From positions 1 to 64,000 of the IMG/VR virus record IMGVR_UViG_3300048580_000163: DNA of 64,000 bases, one strand, 5' to 3'. Of this stretch, positions 17,493 through 26,975 are shown one piece after another. Made by a program: the position numbers and the translations under genes. The DNA is from an uncultured virus (IMG/VR IMGVR_UViG_3300048580_000163) (lineage: Duplodnaviria > Heunggongvirae > Uroviricota > Caudoviricetes). Within the stretch, counting starts at the first letter, position 1; each line of letters opens with the position of its first letter. The notes under the pieces are model-generated. The model was given only the letters and a program-made list of their open reading frames with translations. It did not search any database and was not told where the DNA came from.

Positions 17493-17744
17493 TTACTCTA
17501 CAATCACTACATTCTCATACCCCATAACCAAGTACTCGATTCCTTGATAATTGATAGGGTATGTTCTGTGTCTATCAAACCAAATGGTCTCTCCAACATT
17601 AACCTTATCTACATTCTCTCCAATCTCAATTACCTCACCTCTGTGAAACTTAATGTCTTGACCATCTCCTAAATAAAGACCGCTACTTGTCTTCACGTCT
17701 TCCTTAATTTCCTTAACTAAAATGTTACTTAATACTACCTTCAT
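17493..17744 (-). CDS. groES: Co-chaperonin GroES
   Basis: KTSSGLYL mobile loop, GEVIEIG, VNVGE; adjacent to groEL. Confidence 0.9.
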   Translation of the reverse strand: MKVVLSNILVKEIKEDVKTSSGLYLGDGQDIKFHRGEVIEIGENVDKVNVGETIWFDRHRTYPINYQGIEYLVMGYENVVIVE

Positions 17745-19306
17745 TAGTTACTTCTTTTATGTGTTATTGTGGTATTGGTTAATAAAACTGTTGTAGCTAC
17801 ACTTGCAGCATTCTCTAAGGCTAACCTAATAACCTTTGAAGGATCTATAATTCCTTTCTCAAACATATCTACAATTTCGTAATCCTTAACATCATATCCG
17901 TAGTTATCTTTTTGTGCTAATAAGTTTCCTTCAATCGAATCCAACTTAACCCCTGCATTACTTAAAATAGTGCGCATAGGAGCTTGAATTGACTCAAGTA
18001 GACACTTATATCCTTTTGATACAGGAACGAGCTTTAAAGAGGCGTTATATAGCGCTAAACCTCCTCCTACAACTACACCTTCAGATATCGCACTCTTAAC
18101 CGCATTGATTGCGTCATCTACTCTATCAATCTTCTCCTTAATTTCTACTTCAGTTGTTCCTCCGACTTTAATTACAGAAACACCACAAGCTAACTTTGAA
18201 ATACGGTCTCTTAAGTATTCCTTTTCTAAATTGTTGTTTGAGTTCTTGATTACTTTATTCAGCTCTTCAATCTTTGATTGAACCCTATCTGCATTAGGTT
18301 TCTCGTTAAAGAATAATACAGTGTCATCTTTAGTTACAGTCAATCTACTACATTTACCAAGCAATTCATTCATATCATACCCTTCAATGTTTGTAGAGGT
18401 ATCTAAATCAATAATTAAACCACCTGTAGCTAAAGAAATATCTGTCAAGTAATCTCTGCGCTTCTCACCTATACTTGGCGGTATAATTGTAGCCACTTTA
18501 AGACCGTTCTTTTTATTAGCATATAACACCTTCATAACCTCAAACTCCATTTCAGATATGATAAGTAGCTCTTTCTTTGCGTGGTGACAAAACTCTATAA
18601 CAGGTAGTAATTCTGTAATATTCTGAAACCTTCTGTTAGATAGTAAGATAAATGGGTTGTTATTAAACTCAATTGATCTATTCTCTGGTTTATTTACAAA
18701 CCCCTCAAATTCATATCCTCTTGCGATTGGCATACCGTCAATAAAGTCCAAATAGGTTTCTGAACTTTCTGATTGCTCGTAAGATACAACACCATTCTTT
18801 CCAGCAGATATAAAGGCTTTTGCAATTATTTCTCCTAATTCAGAATCATTATTTGCAGATATTCTTGCAACATCAAATAAATAAGAATCATCAACTTCTT
18901 TAGATGTACTCTTGATATAATCAACAACTTCTTTTACAGCAAAGTCAATACCATTCTTTAAATCGATTGCTGATTCACCTTTCTTTAAATACTTCTGGCT
19001 ATTGTCGATAATTGCCTTTGTAAGTACAGCTGTGCCAGTTGTACCGTCACCTGCTTCATTGACTGTTTTTCTACAAGCTTGCTTTACAAATTCACAGCCT
19101 AAACTTTCTGTTGCATCTTCAAGGAAAATACTTTCCGCTACTGATACACCATCCTTTGTTACGATTGGTAGTCCTCCTGGACTCTCAATTAATACTGTTC
19201 TACCTCTATATCCCATAGTTGTAGCAACCGCATCACAAACCGTTGAGATACCTTTAATTAAAGGCTCTTTTGCTTCTTGATTAAATTTAACTTCTTTTAT
19301 AACCAT
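17744..19306 (-). CDS. groEL: Chaperonin GroEL
   Basis: TKDGVSVA, AGDGTT, GVVVGGG, GIIDP. Confidence 0.97.
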   Translation of the reverse strand: MVIKEVKFNQEAKEPLIKGISTVCDAVATTMGYRGRTVLIESPGGLPIVTKDGVSVAESIFLEDATESLGCEFVKQACRKTVNEAGDGTTGTAVLTKAIIDNSQKYLKKGESAIDLKNGIDFAVKEVVDYIKSTSKEVDDSYLFDVARISANNDSELGEIIAKAFISAGKNGVVSYEQSESSETYLDFIDGMPIARGYEFEGFVNKPENRSIEFNNNPFILLSNRRFQNITELLPVIEFCHHAKKELLIISEMEFEVMKVLYANKKNGLKVATIIPPSIGEKRRDYLTDISLATGGLIIDLDTSTNIEGYDMNELLGKCSRLTVTKDDTVLFFNEKPNADRVQSKIEELNKVIKNSNNNLEKEYLRDRISKLACGVSVIKVGGTTEVEIKEKIDRVDDAINAVKSAISEGVVVGGGLALYNASLKLVPVSKGYKCLLESIQAPMRTILSNAGVKLDSIEGNLLAQKDNYGYDVKDYEIVDMFEKGIIDPSKVIRLALENAASVATTVLLTNTTITHKRSN

Positions 19307-19329
19307 AATAAATTTGATTTTTTATATTG

Positions 19330-19361
19330 CAAATATACACTTTTTTTATTTCGTATCTTTG
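19330..19361. promoter_or_regulatory. Back-to-back divergent -7 promoters
   Basis: TATATTTG (minus, 19330-19337) and TATCTTTG (plus, 19354-19361). Confidence 0.7.
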
Positions 19362-19392
19362 CAGAGATTTATTAAAAATATTATAATTAACT

Positions 19393-19665
19393 ATGCTAAA
19401 GGTAAATAAGTCTGAGATGAAATGTAATGTTGCAAAACGTACACCATCTCACCCTAAGAAAAGTCATATAGTAAAGGCTTGCGAAGGAGGGAAAGAGAAG
19501 ATAATTAGATTTGGAGAGCAAGGAGCTAAGACAGCAGGAAAACCTAAAGCAGGAGAAAGCGATAAGATGAAGAAGAAAAGAGCTTCATTTAAAGCAAGAC
19601 ACGGAAAGAATATAGCGAAAGGAAAAATGTCTGCTGCATATTGGGCTGACAAAGAAAAATGGTAA
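19393..19665 (+). CDS. Small basic virion-associated protein
   Basis: KIIRFGEQG...SFKARH...SAAYWA. Confidence 0.7.
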   Translation: MLKVNKSEMKCNVAKRTPSHPKKSHIVKACEGGKEKIIRFGEQGAKTAGKPKAGESDKMKKKRASFKARHGKNIAKGKMSAAYWADKEKW

Positions 19666-19691
19666 ATAATAACTTAAAAATATAAAATAAA

Positions 19692-19958
19692 ATGTCATAT
19701 CAAAAATTACAAGCAAATAGAGCTGCTGCTGTAACACCAAGTAATACAGCTAATATTCCATCATTATCTTCAGAAGCAGGAACACCGAATAGAGGCTGTG
19801 TGCTTTACGTTGGTACGAAAGGTAATTTAAAAGTATTGACTGTCGGAGGAGATGAAGTAACTTTTACAAACTTCCAAGATGGTAGTTTCTTACCAGTGCA
19901 GGTAGTTAGGGTTTATTCAACAGGAACAACAGCATCTAACATCATAGCTCTTTGGTAA
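19692..19958 (+). CDS. Head-spike base-like protein
   Basis: AAAVTPS, LYVGTKGNL, LPVQVVRV.STGT resemble the Rcc01079-type family. Confidence 0.6.
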   Translation: MSYQKLQANRAAAVTPSNTANIPSLSSEAGTPNRGCVLYVGTKGNLKVLTVGGDEVTFTNFQDGSFLPVQVVRVYSTGTTASNIIALW

Positions 19959-19959
19959 T

Positions 19960-20760
19960 ATGTTTATAGCAATAGCAAATGCAATAGGAGCTAATAGGTC
20001 TTCTGGTATTAAATACGACACATCTTACAAAGCTGTATTAGATAGAGCTACTAGTCTTGGATATCCAATACCTTCATCTGCACAACAAATTGTACAAAAT
20101 CAGTTAGTTTTAGATTTAAAAGCAGGAGGCATTTGGGATAAACTTGATGTGTTTTATGTTTTTGCGACTGGGACGGGTGCTACAAATGCGTTTGCTTCAT
20201 TGAATTGGAAAACTCCCACATTATATCAATCTACATTAAACAATCCATTAACTTTTGCTACAAATAATGGATTTACTAATACTAGCACTGGTTCTATTTC
20301 AACAAACTTTATTCCTTCAACTAATGGGGTAGAATATAAACTAAGTGATGCGAGTAGATTTGCTTGGGTACACACTGCTGGTACAGGAACTATCGATGGT
20401 GTGAGCGGTAGTTTATCGAATAGATTTACTTTTGATGCAGTTTTACCTCAAAACATCAACAATGGAACAACAAGTAATGCTATTGGTGCTTTATCAGGAA
20501 CGGGTTTGAAATCAATTAACAGACCTGCAAGTAATCAAATAAGAGTCTTTCAAAATACAAATTTAAGTGTAAGTGGAACTAGTAATAGTTCAGCATTAAC
20601 TACAACACCTCAATTAGTTTTTAGGTCATTAACAACTTACGGAACTCACACAATTTCCGTTTATGGAATGGGAGCTTCTTTAGTCACTTCTGGAGGTGAT
20701 GCAACTTTGAACACAAATTTATACAATGCAATTAATACTTATATGACAAATTTAGTTTAA
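19960..20760 (+). CDS. Virion spike/fibre protein
   Basis: T/S/N/G-rich; follows the spike-base gene. Confidence 0.6.
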   Translation: MFIAIANAIGANRSSGIKYDTSYKAVLDRATSLGYPIPSSAQQIVQNQLVLDLKAGGIWDKLDVFYVFATGTGATNAFASLNWKTPTLYQSTLNNPLTFATNNGFTNTSTGSISTNFIPSTNGVEYKLSDASRFAWVHTAGTGTIDGVSGSLSNRFTFDAVLPQNINNGTTSNAIGALSGTGLKSINRPASNQIRVFQNTNLSVSGTSNSSALTTTPQLVFRSLTTYGTHTISVYGMGASLVTSGGDATLNTNLYNAINTYMTNLV

Positions 20761-20761
20761 T

Positions 20762-20965
20762 ATGATAGTTTTACATCCAAATACAGAACAATACAATGCT
20801 TTAAATGGTTACACAAATGGTGTTTGCAGGTTAGAGTTTATAAAAGATGGGGCAGATAAATGGTTTATAGGTCTTGACGCACTTACATACGAACCATTTC
20901 AGCCAATTCACGACCAATTAAATGAGTTAGAAAGGATTGAATATACGCCTTGTATAGATGAGTAG
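20762..20965 (+). CDS. Hypothetical protein
   Basis: ORF track. Confidence 0.6.
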   Translation: MIVLHPNTEQYNALNGYTNGVCRLEFIKDGADKWFIGLDALTYEPFQPIHDQLNELERIEYTPCIDE

Positions 20966-21164
20966 AAAAGAAAAAATAGACCTTTACTTAAATAAATGGA
21001 TAAGCAGAAAGTTAACAGTATTTATTGTTGCTTCAATTGCATTATTCTTTAGTAAGGTTGATTCAGATAATTGGACTATAGTAGCTACAATGTATATAGC
21101 TGTAGAAGGCGCTACAAATATAGCAGAACGTTTAATTAAAGCAAAGAACAATAATGTCACTTAA
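20958..21164 (+). CDS. Holin-like membrane protein
   Basis: SRKL plus two hydrophobic segments before endolysin. Confidence 0.65.
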   Translation: MSRKEKIDLYLNKWISRKLTVFIVASIALFFSKVDSDNWTIVATMYIAVEGATNIAERLIKAKNNNVT

Positions 21165-21333
21165 CGATTTGAAGATATACGGACTAAATTCGCTTGCTAT
21201 GGCTGTAAGTTTTTCTAATGTAGAAGCTACATTAAAGATATTCCTTTTATGCGTATCTATTATTTATACCATATTGAAGACCATAGAATTATTAAAGAAT
21301 AAAAAGAATGACAACAAAGGAGATAATTTCTAA
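21154..21333 (+). CDS. Second holin-like membrane protein (59 aa)
   Basis: Manual translation MSLNDLKIYGLN...LKIFLLCVSIIYTILK with basic tail. Confidence 0.65.
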   Translation: MSLNDLKIYGLNSLAMAVSFSNVEATLKIFLLCVSIIYTILKTIELLKNKKNDNKGDNF

Positions 21334-21772
21334 ATACGGAAAACCTAATGTAACTGGTGAAGGTTATCTTATGACTATTAATCTTCCGTACCCTATGCGA
21401 TTAGCTTGGGATACAGATACAAAGGTTACTAAAATGAGATGCCATAAATTAGTTGGCGCTAGATTCCTTGCTGTATTTAATGAAATACATAGAGTTTATG
21501 GCTATAATAAAATAGTTGATCTTGGTATTGATTTATTTGGAGGTTGTTTTAACTTTAGAAAGATGAGAGGTGGTGATGACTGGAGTACTCATTCTTGGGG
21601 AATTTCGATTGATTTAGATCCTGGTAGAAACCAATTAAAAGAAACGTCAAAAACAGCAAGATTTGCTAGACCAGAATATAAACCTATGATTGATATATTT
21701 TATAAACACGGATTTATATCGTTAGGTAGAGAGAAGAATTACGATTGGATGCATTTTGAAATAAAAGAATAA
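21308..21772 (+). CDS. Endolysin, M15-family peptidase
   Basis: STHSWGISID and DWMHFE. Confidence 0.88.
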   Translation: MTTKEIISKYGKPNVTGEGYLMTINLPYPMRLAWDTDTKVTKMRCHKLVGARFLAVFNEIHRVYGYNKIVDLGIDLFGGCFNFRKMRGGDDWSTHSWGISIDLDPGRNQLKETSKTARFARPEYKPMIDIFYKHGFISLGREKNYDWMHFEIKE

Positions 21773-21779
21773 AGTAACT

Positions 21780-22988
21780 ATGGCAAGAATAAAGACATAC
21801 ACAATAGATAACTTAATATCAGATAACGATATTATAATTGGAAGTGATAACGATAACTTTGACCAAACAAAGAATTATCAAGTATCAGCATTAAGACAAT
21901 ACATAGTAAGTGGGTTAGATCCAGAGACTGGAGGTAATCTAAAGATAACTACAATTGTAGATAATGATTCAGAGGAAACAACTCCTGAGGATTATTTCAA
22001 CAATTCAGAAACTCCAATTATTGTATTACATTATGAGATTGTATTCTTAATTTTAAATGGAAGAACATTTATATTTAGAAAAAATAACGATACTTATGGC
22101 GTTGATGAAACTCAAGTTGTATCAGGTGATTTTACAGAAATAGATATTACATCTATAATTAATGCAAATCTACAAGATTTAGATAACGTATTGAATCAAG
22201 GAAATGTATCTCAGGAAGACGCAAAAATAGGTTCTTTATTCTTGTATGATGAAACAAATACTAGTTACGGTAAGATATTTACAGATAAAGACACTTTCAT
22301 ATTTCAAAACCGTCAACTAAATAATATACTTGAAGCTGGAAGTGGATACATTACATTAAGAAACAATAACTCTACAAACGATAAATTCTCAATTCAAAAA
22401 CCAGCAGGTCTAACAACTGCAAGAACAGCTACATTCCAAAATGCATCTGGTACGATTGCTTATTTATCAGACATACCTACTATTGAAATTCAAGAATTAG
22501 CAGATGGAGATAACATATCTATTGAATCAAGCGATGGTGTATATACAATTAACTCGCAATACTACAATAGACCGTATGCAAATCATATTGAGCTTAGAGA
22601 TTCATTAACAAATACCACTTATTTTTCAGACGGTCAAAACTATGTATATGATGTTACAAGTCCAATAAACTCTATAAGAGTAAAGTTTAATGATCCTATA
22701 TTCAAGAATACAACAAGCAATGTTAAGGTTGCTTCGGTATTTATTGAGTTTGAATCAGGTGCTGAAATTAAGAAAACAAGAACAGATATATATAATACAA
22801 ATGTTTCATTAACTAGTAACTATATTACGTTTCCATTTAATTTTTCTTCTCTTAGCACTACTATTGGGGAAAGACCTATAGATGTAAAAGTTACTCTATA
22901 TCCAGACGTAATTACAAATGGAGTAGAATTATGTGATGGAACAATATCTGAATCAATATCAAATTTTTTAAACGATGATTTATTCTAA
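21780..22988 (+). CDS. Tail fibre/structural protein
   Basis: MARIKTY..D..IIGSD N-terminus; beta-rich. Confidence 0.6.
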   Translation: MARIKTYTIDNLISDNDIIIGSDNDNFDQTKNYQVSALRQYIVSGLDPETGGNLKITTIVDNDSEETTPEDYFNNSETPIIVLHYEIVFLILNGRTFIFRKNNDTYGVDETQVVSGDFTEIDITSIINANLQDLDNVLNQGNVSQEDAKIGSLFLYDETNTSYGKIFTDKDTFIFQNRQLNNILEAGSGYITLRNNNSTNDKFSIQKPAGLTTARTATFQNASGTIAYLSDIPTIEIQELADGDNISIESSDGVYTINSQYYNRPYANHIELRDSLTNTTYFSDGQNYVYDVTSPINSIRVKFNDPIFKNTTSNVKVASVFIEFESGAEIKKTRTDIYNTNVSLTSNYITFPFNFSSLSTTIGERPIDVKVTLYPDVITNGVELCDGTISESISNFLNDDLF

Positions 22989-23535
22989 AATATTAAATCG
23001 AGTTATATTTATAGCTATTGGGGTTGTAATGGCTTTTTCTGTATTGCATTTCTGTGAATATAGAGGTGTCTCTGAAACAATAACATACAAAGATAAAATA
23101 ATAAAGATAACAGATACTTTAAGGGTAAAAGACAATAATATTGTTACTAAGTACAAGACTGTGTATATAAGAAAAACTGATACGTCTTTAGTGTATTTAG
23201 ATAAACCAGACACAACGTCAATTACAGCAAAAGTATACAACCAACCGATAGAAGGCAAGAGAGTTAAAGGTATTGCCCATATCACAACAACTGGGGAATT
23301 GTTAGATTTCTGTTCAGAGGTAGAAGTTAACGATACAATAAGAGAAACCACAATTACAAAATACAGAGATAGGAGTAAGGCTTTTGTTTCGGCATCGTAC
23401 AATACAAACAATCAATTGAATTTAGGAATTGATTGGAACATAAAGAATAAGATATTATTAAAGGGAGGTGTTGGATATGAAACACAAACGTTAAAGCCTT
23501 ATATTTCATTAGGAATCGGTATCCCTATATTTTAA
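22975..23535 (+). CDS. Membrane-anchored protein, spanin candidate
   Basis: N-terminal TM; amphipathic beta C-terminus ending in F; near lysis genes. Confidence 0.5.
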   Translation: MIYSKILNRVIFIAIGVVMAFSVLHFCEYRGVSETITYKDKIIKITDTLRVKDNNIVTKYKTVYIRKTDTSLVYLDKPDTTSITAKVYNQPIEGKRVKGIAHITTTGELLDFCSEVEVNDTIRETTITKYRDRSKAFVSASYNTNNQLNLGIDWNIKNKILLKGGVGYETQTLKPYISLGIGIPIF

Positions 23536-23568
23536 TTATCTTTGCATATATTTTTAATTTAATTTAAT

Positions 23569-23793
23569 ATGAATTTAGTAAGAAAGATATCCGTTAAAAT
23601 GGATAATAACAATATTATGCACTACCAAGTGAACAGTAATGTATTTGGTGGCTCTGGAGTAGTTTCAGATATAATAAAGGAAGATATGTTCTTTGACATC
23701 TATGTAAAGGAAATAGATAGCGATGTAAAAGCTATATGGAAGTCTTTTAATTTAAGCAATGTAATTCATATCGAATACTATACGCAATTATAG
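23569..23793 (+). CDS. Hypothetical protein
   Basis: ORF after TATCTTTG at 23537. Confidence 0.7.
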   Translation: MNLVRKISVKMDNNNIMHYQVNSNVFGGSGVVSDIIKEDMFFDIYVKEIDSDVKAIWKSFNLSNVIHIEYYTQL

Positions 23794-23797
23794 TCTT

Positions 23798-24340
23798 ATG
23801 AGAAGTCCACATTATTTTATAGTTAGACCTTTCAATAAAGAGAGGTATTCTAATAATTCATCTAATGGATTAATTTTAAATATATCTGTTGAGGACCACA
23901 ACTTCACACAAAGATTAGCAGAAGTAGTATCAACACCTATTGGTTATGAAGGGGATGTAGAAATTGGAGATACAATAGTTGTACATCACAATACATTTAG
24001 GATTCAATATAATAATCAAGGGTTTCCTTTGGAGAGTAAATATCATATTAAAGATGACTTATTTTATGTTGAGAAGGAATTAGCTTATATGGTTATAAAG
24101 GGTGATGATAAAATTGCATTACCTCCATTTTGTTTTATAGAGCCTACAACTATCAATGATAAGTATGAAGGACATAAAGAGAATGAACAAATATGTATCT
24201 TAAAGTATAAGAATAAAGATATGACTAATCTAAACGAAGGTTCGTTGATTGGCGTTAAGAAAGATTCAGAATACGAGTTCAAGATATTTGACGAGAAGTT
24301 ATATATGATTAATCAAAATAGAATTATATTGCATTTATGA
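23798..24340 (+). CDS. GroES-like (tandem-domain) protein
   Basis: FIVRP...NGLIL...AEVVSTP...VEIGDTIVV, with a second similar half. Confidence 0.55.
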   Translation: MRSPHYFIVRPFNKERYSNNSSNGLILNISVEDHNFTQRLAEVVSTPIGYEGDVEIGDTIVVHHNTFRIQYNNQGFPLESKYHIKDDLFYVEKELAYMVIKGDDKIALPPFCFIEPTTINDKYEGHKENEQICILKYKNKDMTNLNEGSLIGVKKDSEYEFKIFDEKLYMINQNRIILHL

Positions 24341-26967
24341 TAGGATTAAGTAAAGATATAGAGATAGCTGTTGAAACTGTAATCGAAGGATTAGAGTATA
24401 GCACTGATATGTCTTTAATTGAACCTGACAAGGTAAAGACTATTGTAAAGGCTAAGGTTGATTCATTTAAGTATGGTAAGGAATTACTACTTAGATGGCA
24501 AAACAGCACAAACGCTCCTTCTGAGGATAAATTTAAGAAATATGTAGTAAGACTTGTTAAGGCTGGAGATATTGCCTTAGGAGTCCTTAGAGACGCTTTA
24601 CGTTCAAAGATTGACTACGATGATTTAGATCCTTCAAAACACCACTTAGCTATTTCAGTTAAACCATCAATTCATCAAGCGATTGTAGAAATTGATTCAT
24701 CACTTATTGAATTAAGACTTCAAATAGATGCTGATAAAATTAATCTTAAGGAGAATGAGTTTAAGAGAGGGTATCCTGAGAAGTTTGCTTGTGGAGAGTT
24801 TTTACCAAGAAAGAACTATTATAAAGAATGGTATGATGAAGAAAATGATTCAATCATATTAGACCCTAATGGTACAAGGGGTGAGGTAATAAACCTTAGT
24901 GGTTTAAATATAACTCTACCAAAAGTACCTTACAGAAAAGATATATTATTCTGGGATAAGAAGAAGGAAGATCAATATTGGAGAAGATTAGATGTGCCAA
25001 GTGGTTTATCTCAAGAAAACGCAGAAGCATACACTGAATACATTATAGAGGAATTTAGGAGAAGAAGAGAGGGTATCTGGTTTATGAATAATGGAAAACC
25101 TCAGTATCTAACTGGTAGTCATTACTTTGCACTTCAATGGGTAAAGATGGAAGATTCAGGTGGATATATGGACTTCAGGACAGCCCAAAGAGATATGTTT
25201 TATTTCACAGAGGCTTGTATTGTAGACCCTCGATGTTTAGGTGAGTTATTTGTAAAATCAAGACGTACAGGTTATACCTATCAAATTATATGTCAACTAC
25301 TTAATGATGCAACCTCAACTTCAAATGCAAGAATAGGTATGACATCAAAAACTAATGATGATGCTGCAAAGGCATTCTCTAAGTTTAGTTATGCATTCCT
25401 TAATTTACCATTCTTCTTTAAACCTATTGTAAGGGGTATTGAAGATTCAAAGAAAGCCTTAGATTTTGCAAGACCGCAAGACAAGAGTAAGTTATCTAAG
25501 AAGAATAGAGATACAAATACAGATGATTACTTAAATACGTTAGTAGACTTCTTACCAACAAAGGATTCAGCTTATGATGGTCAAAAGATGTTTAGATATC
25601 TTGGAGATGAGGCATCTAAGTGGGAAAAGCCTGCTAACTTCGAGAAGCATTGGGGTCAAGTATCACCAACATTCGATACAGGTGGTAAAATTGTAGGGAA
25701 GGCATTTATAGGCTCAACCGTTAATGCGATGAATAAGGGTGGAGAAGAATTCTTCAAACTATACAAGTCATCAAGTATTAAGAAGAGAAATAAGATTACA
25801 GGTAGAACACCATCAGGGTTGTACTCGTACTTTCTTCCAGCTCATAAGAATATGGAGGAATTCACAGATAAATATGGTGTTTGCCACGAAGTTATAGAGA
25901 AGGGTAGTTTTTACTACAATGTGTATGGTGATAAGAAGACTATTGGTAGTGTTCAATTCTTAGAGGCGAAGAGAAGTAGTAAGAGAAAGGAAAGCGACAT
26001 TTCTTATAATGAGGAATTAAGAGCATTCCCTATGACTATAGATGAAGCATTTAGAGATGAGTTGTTGCAATCTACCTTTAACATAGAAAAGATAATAGAC
26101 CAAATAAAGATAAATGAAGACCACGATGCTGATAGCAAAATTGCGGTTGGTAATTTCCAATGGAGAGATGGTATTAAAGATACAATAGTTGATTTCCACC
26201 CTAATGAGAAAGGAAGATTTAAGCTATCTTGGATACCTCCAGAGGAGATGAGGAATAAATTTGAGACAAAAAGTGGTCCAGGAGGACACTCAAAATACCC
26301 ATTAAATGGAGATATAGGGGCTTTCGGTTGTGATACATACGATATATCAGGAACAGTAGAAGGTGTTAGAAAAGATGGTTCTTACGATGAAGATACCAAT
26401 AGAGCTTCAAAGGGAGCTTTACACGGACTAACGGGATTTAGTTTTTCTAATGCACCTAATCATACGTTCTTTTTAGAGTATGTAGCAAGACCAAAAACCG
26501 CAGAGATATTCTTTGAAGATGTATTAATGGCGTGTGTATTTTATGGTATGCCTATATTAGCAGAGAATAATAAGCCACGTTTATTATATCACTTTAAGAA
26601 TAGAGGGTATAGAGGTTTTAGTATAACTCGTTTTGATAAGGCTGAAAATAGGCTTTCACCAACAGAGAAAGAATTAGGAGGTATGCCTAACTCCTCTGAA
26701 GATGTTAAGCAAATGCACGCAACAGCTATTGAATCTTACATAGAGAAATACGTTGGTAGTAATGCAGATGACGATGAAGTGCCTCAGAATATAGTGTTTA
26801 ATGACACACTAAAGGATTGGATTAAGTTTGATATTAATAATAGAACAAAGTTTGATGCCTCTATTAGTTCTGGTTTAGCTATAATGGCAGTAAATAGAAA
26901 AATGTATGCTCCAGCACAGAAGGTGACTGAGGATATAGTTATAAATTTTAAGACTTATAATAAATAA
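24337..26967 (+). CDS. terL: Terminase large subunit with long helical N-terminal extension
   Basis: KSRRTGYT Walker A, YLGDEA Walker B, IGST, GCDTYD nuclease. Confidence 0.92.
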   Translation: MIGLSKDIEIAVETVIEGLEYSTDMSLIEPDKVKTIVKAKVDSFKYGKELLLRWQNSTNAPSEDKFKKYVVRLVKAGDIALGVLRDALRSKIDYDDLDPSKHHLAISVKPSIHQAIVEIDSSLIELRLQIDADKINLKENEFKRGYPEKFACGEFLPRKNYYKEWYDEENDSIILDPNGTRGEVINLSGLNITLPKVPYRKDILFWDKKKEDQYWRRLDVPSGLSQENAEAYTEYIIEEFRRRREGIWFMNNGKPQYLTGSHYFALQWVKMEDSGGYMDFRTAQRDMFYFTEACIVDPRCLGELFVKSRRTGYTYQIICQLLNDATSTSNARIGMTSKTNDDAAKAFSKFSYAFLNLPFFFKPIVRGIEDSKKALDFARPQDKSKLSKKNRDTNTDDYLNTLVDFLPTKDSAYDGQKMFRYLGDEASKWEKPANFEKHWGQVSPTFDTGGKIVGKAFIGSTVNAMNKGGEEFFKLYKSSSIKKRNKITGRTPSGLYSYFLPAHKNMEEFTDKYGVCHEVIEKGSFYYNVYGDKKTIGSVQFLEAKRSSKRKESDISYNEELRAFPMTIDEAFRDELLQSTFNIEKIIDQIKINEDHDADSKIAVGNFQWRDGIKDTIVDFHPNEKGRFKLSWIPPEEMRNKFETKSGPGGHSKYPLNGDIGAFGCDTYDISGTVEGVRKDGSYDEDTNRASKGALHGLTGFSFSNAPNHTFFLEYVARPKTAEIFFEDVLMACVFYGMPILAENNKPRLLYHFKNRGYRGFSITRFDKAENRLSPTEKELGGMPNSSEDVKQMHATAIESYIEKYVGSNADDDEVPQNIVFNDTLKDWIKFDINNRTKFDASISSGLAIMAVNRKMYAPAQKVTEDIVINFKTYNK

Positions 26968-26975
26968 AGTAAAAA

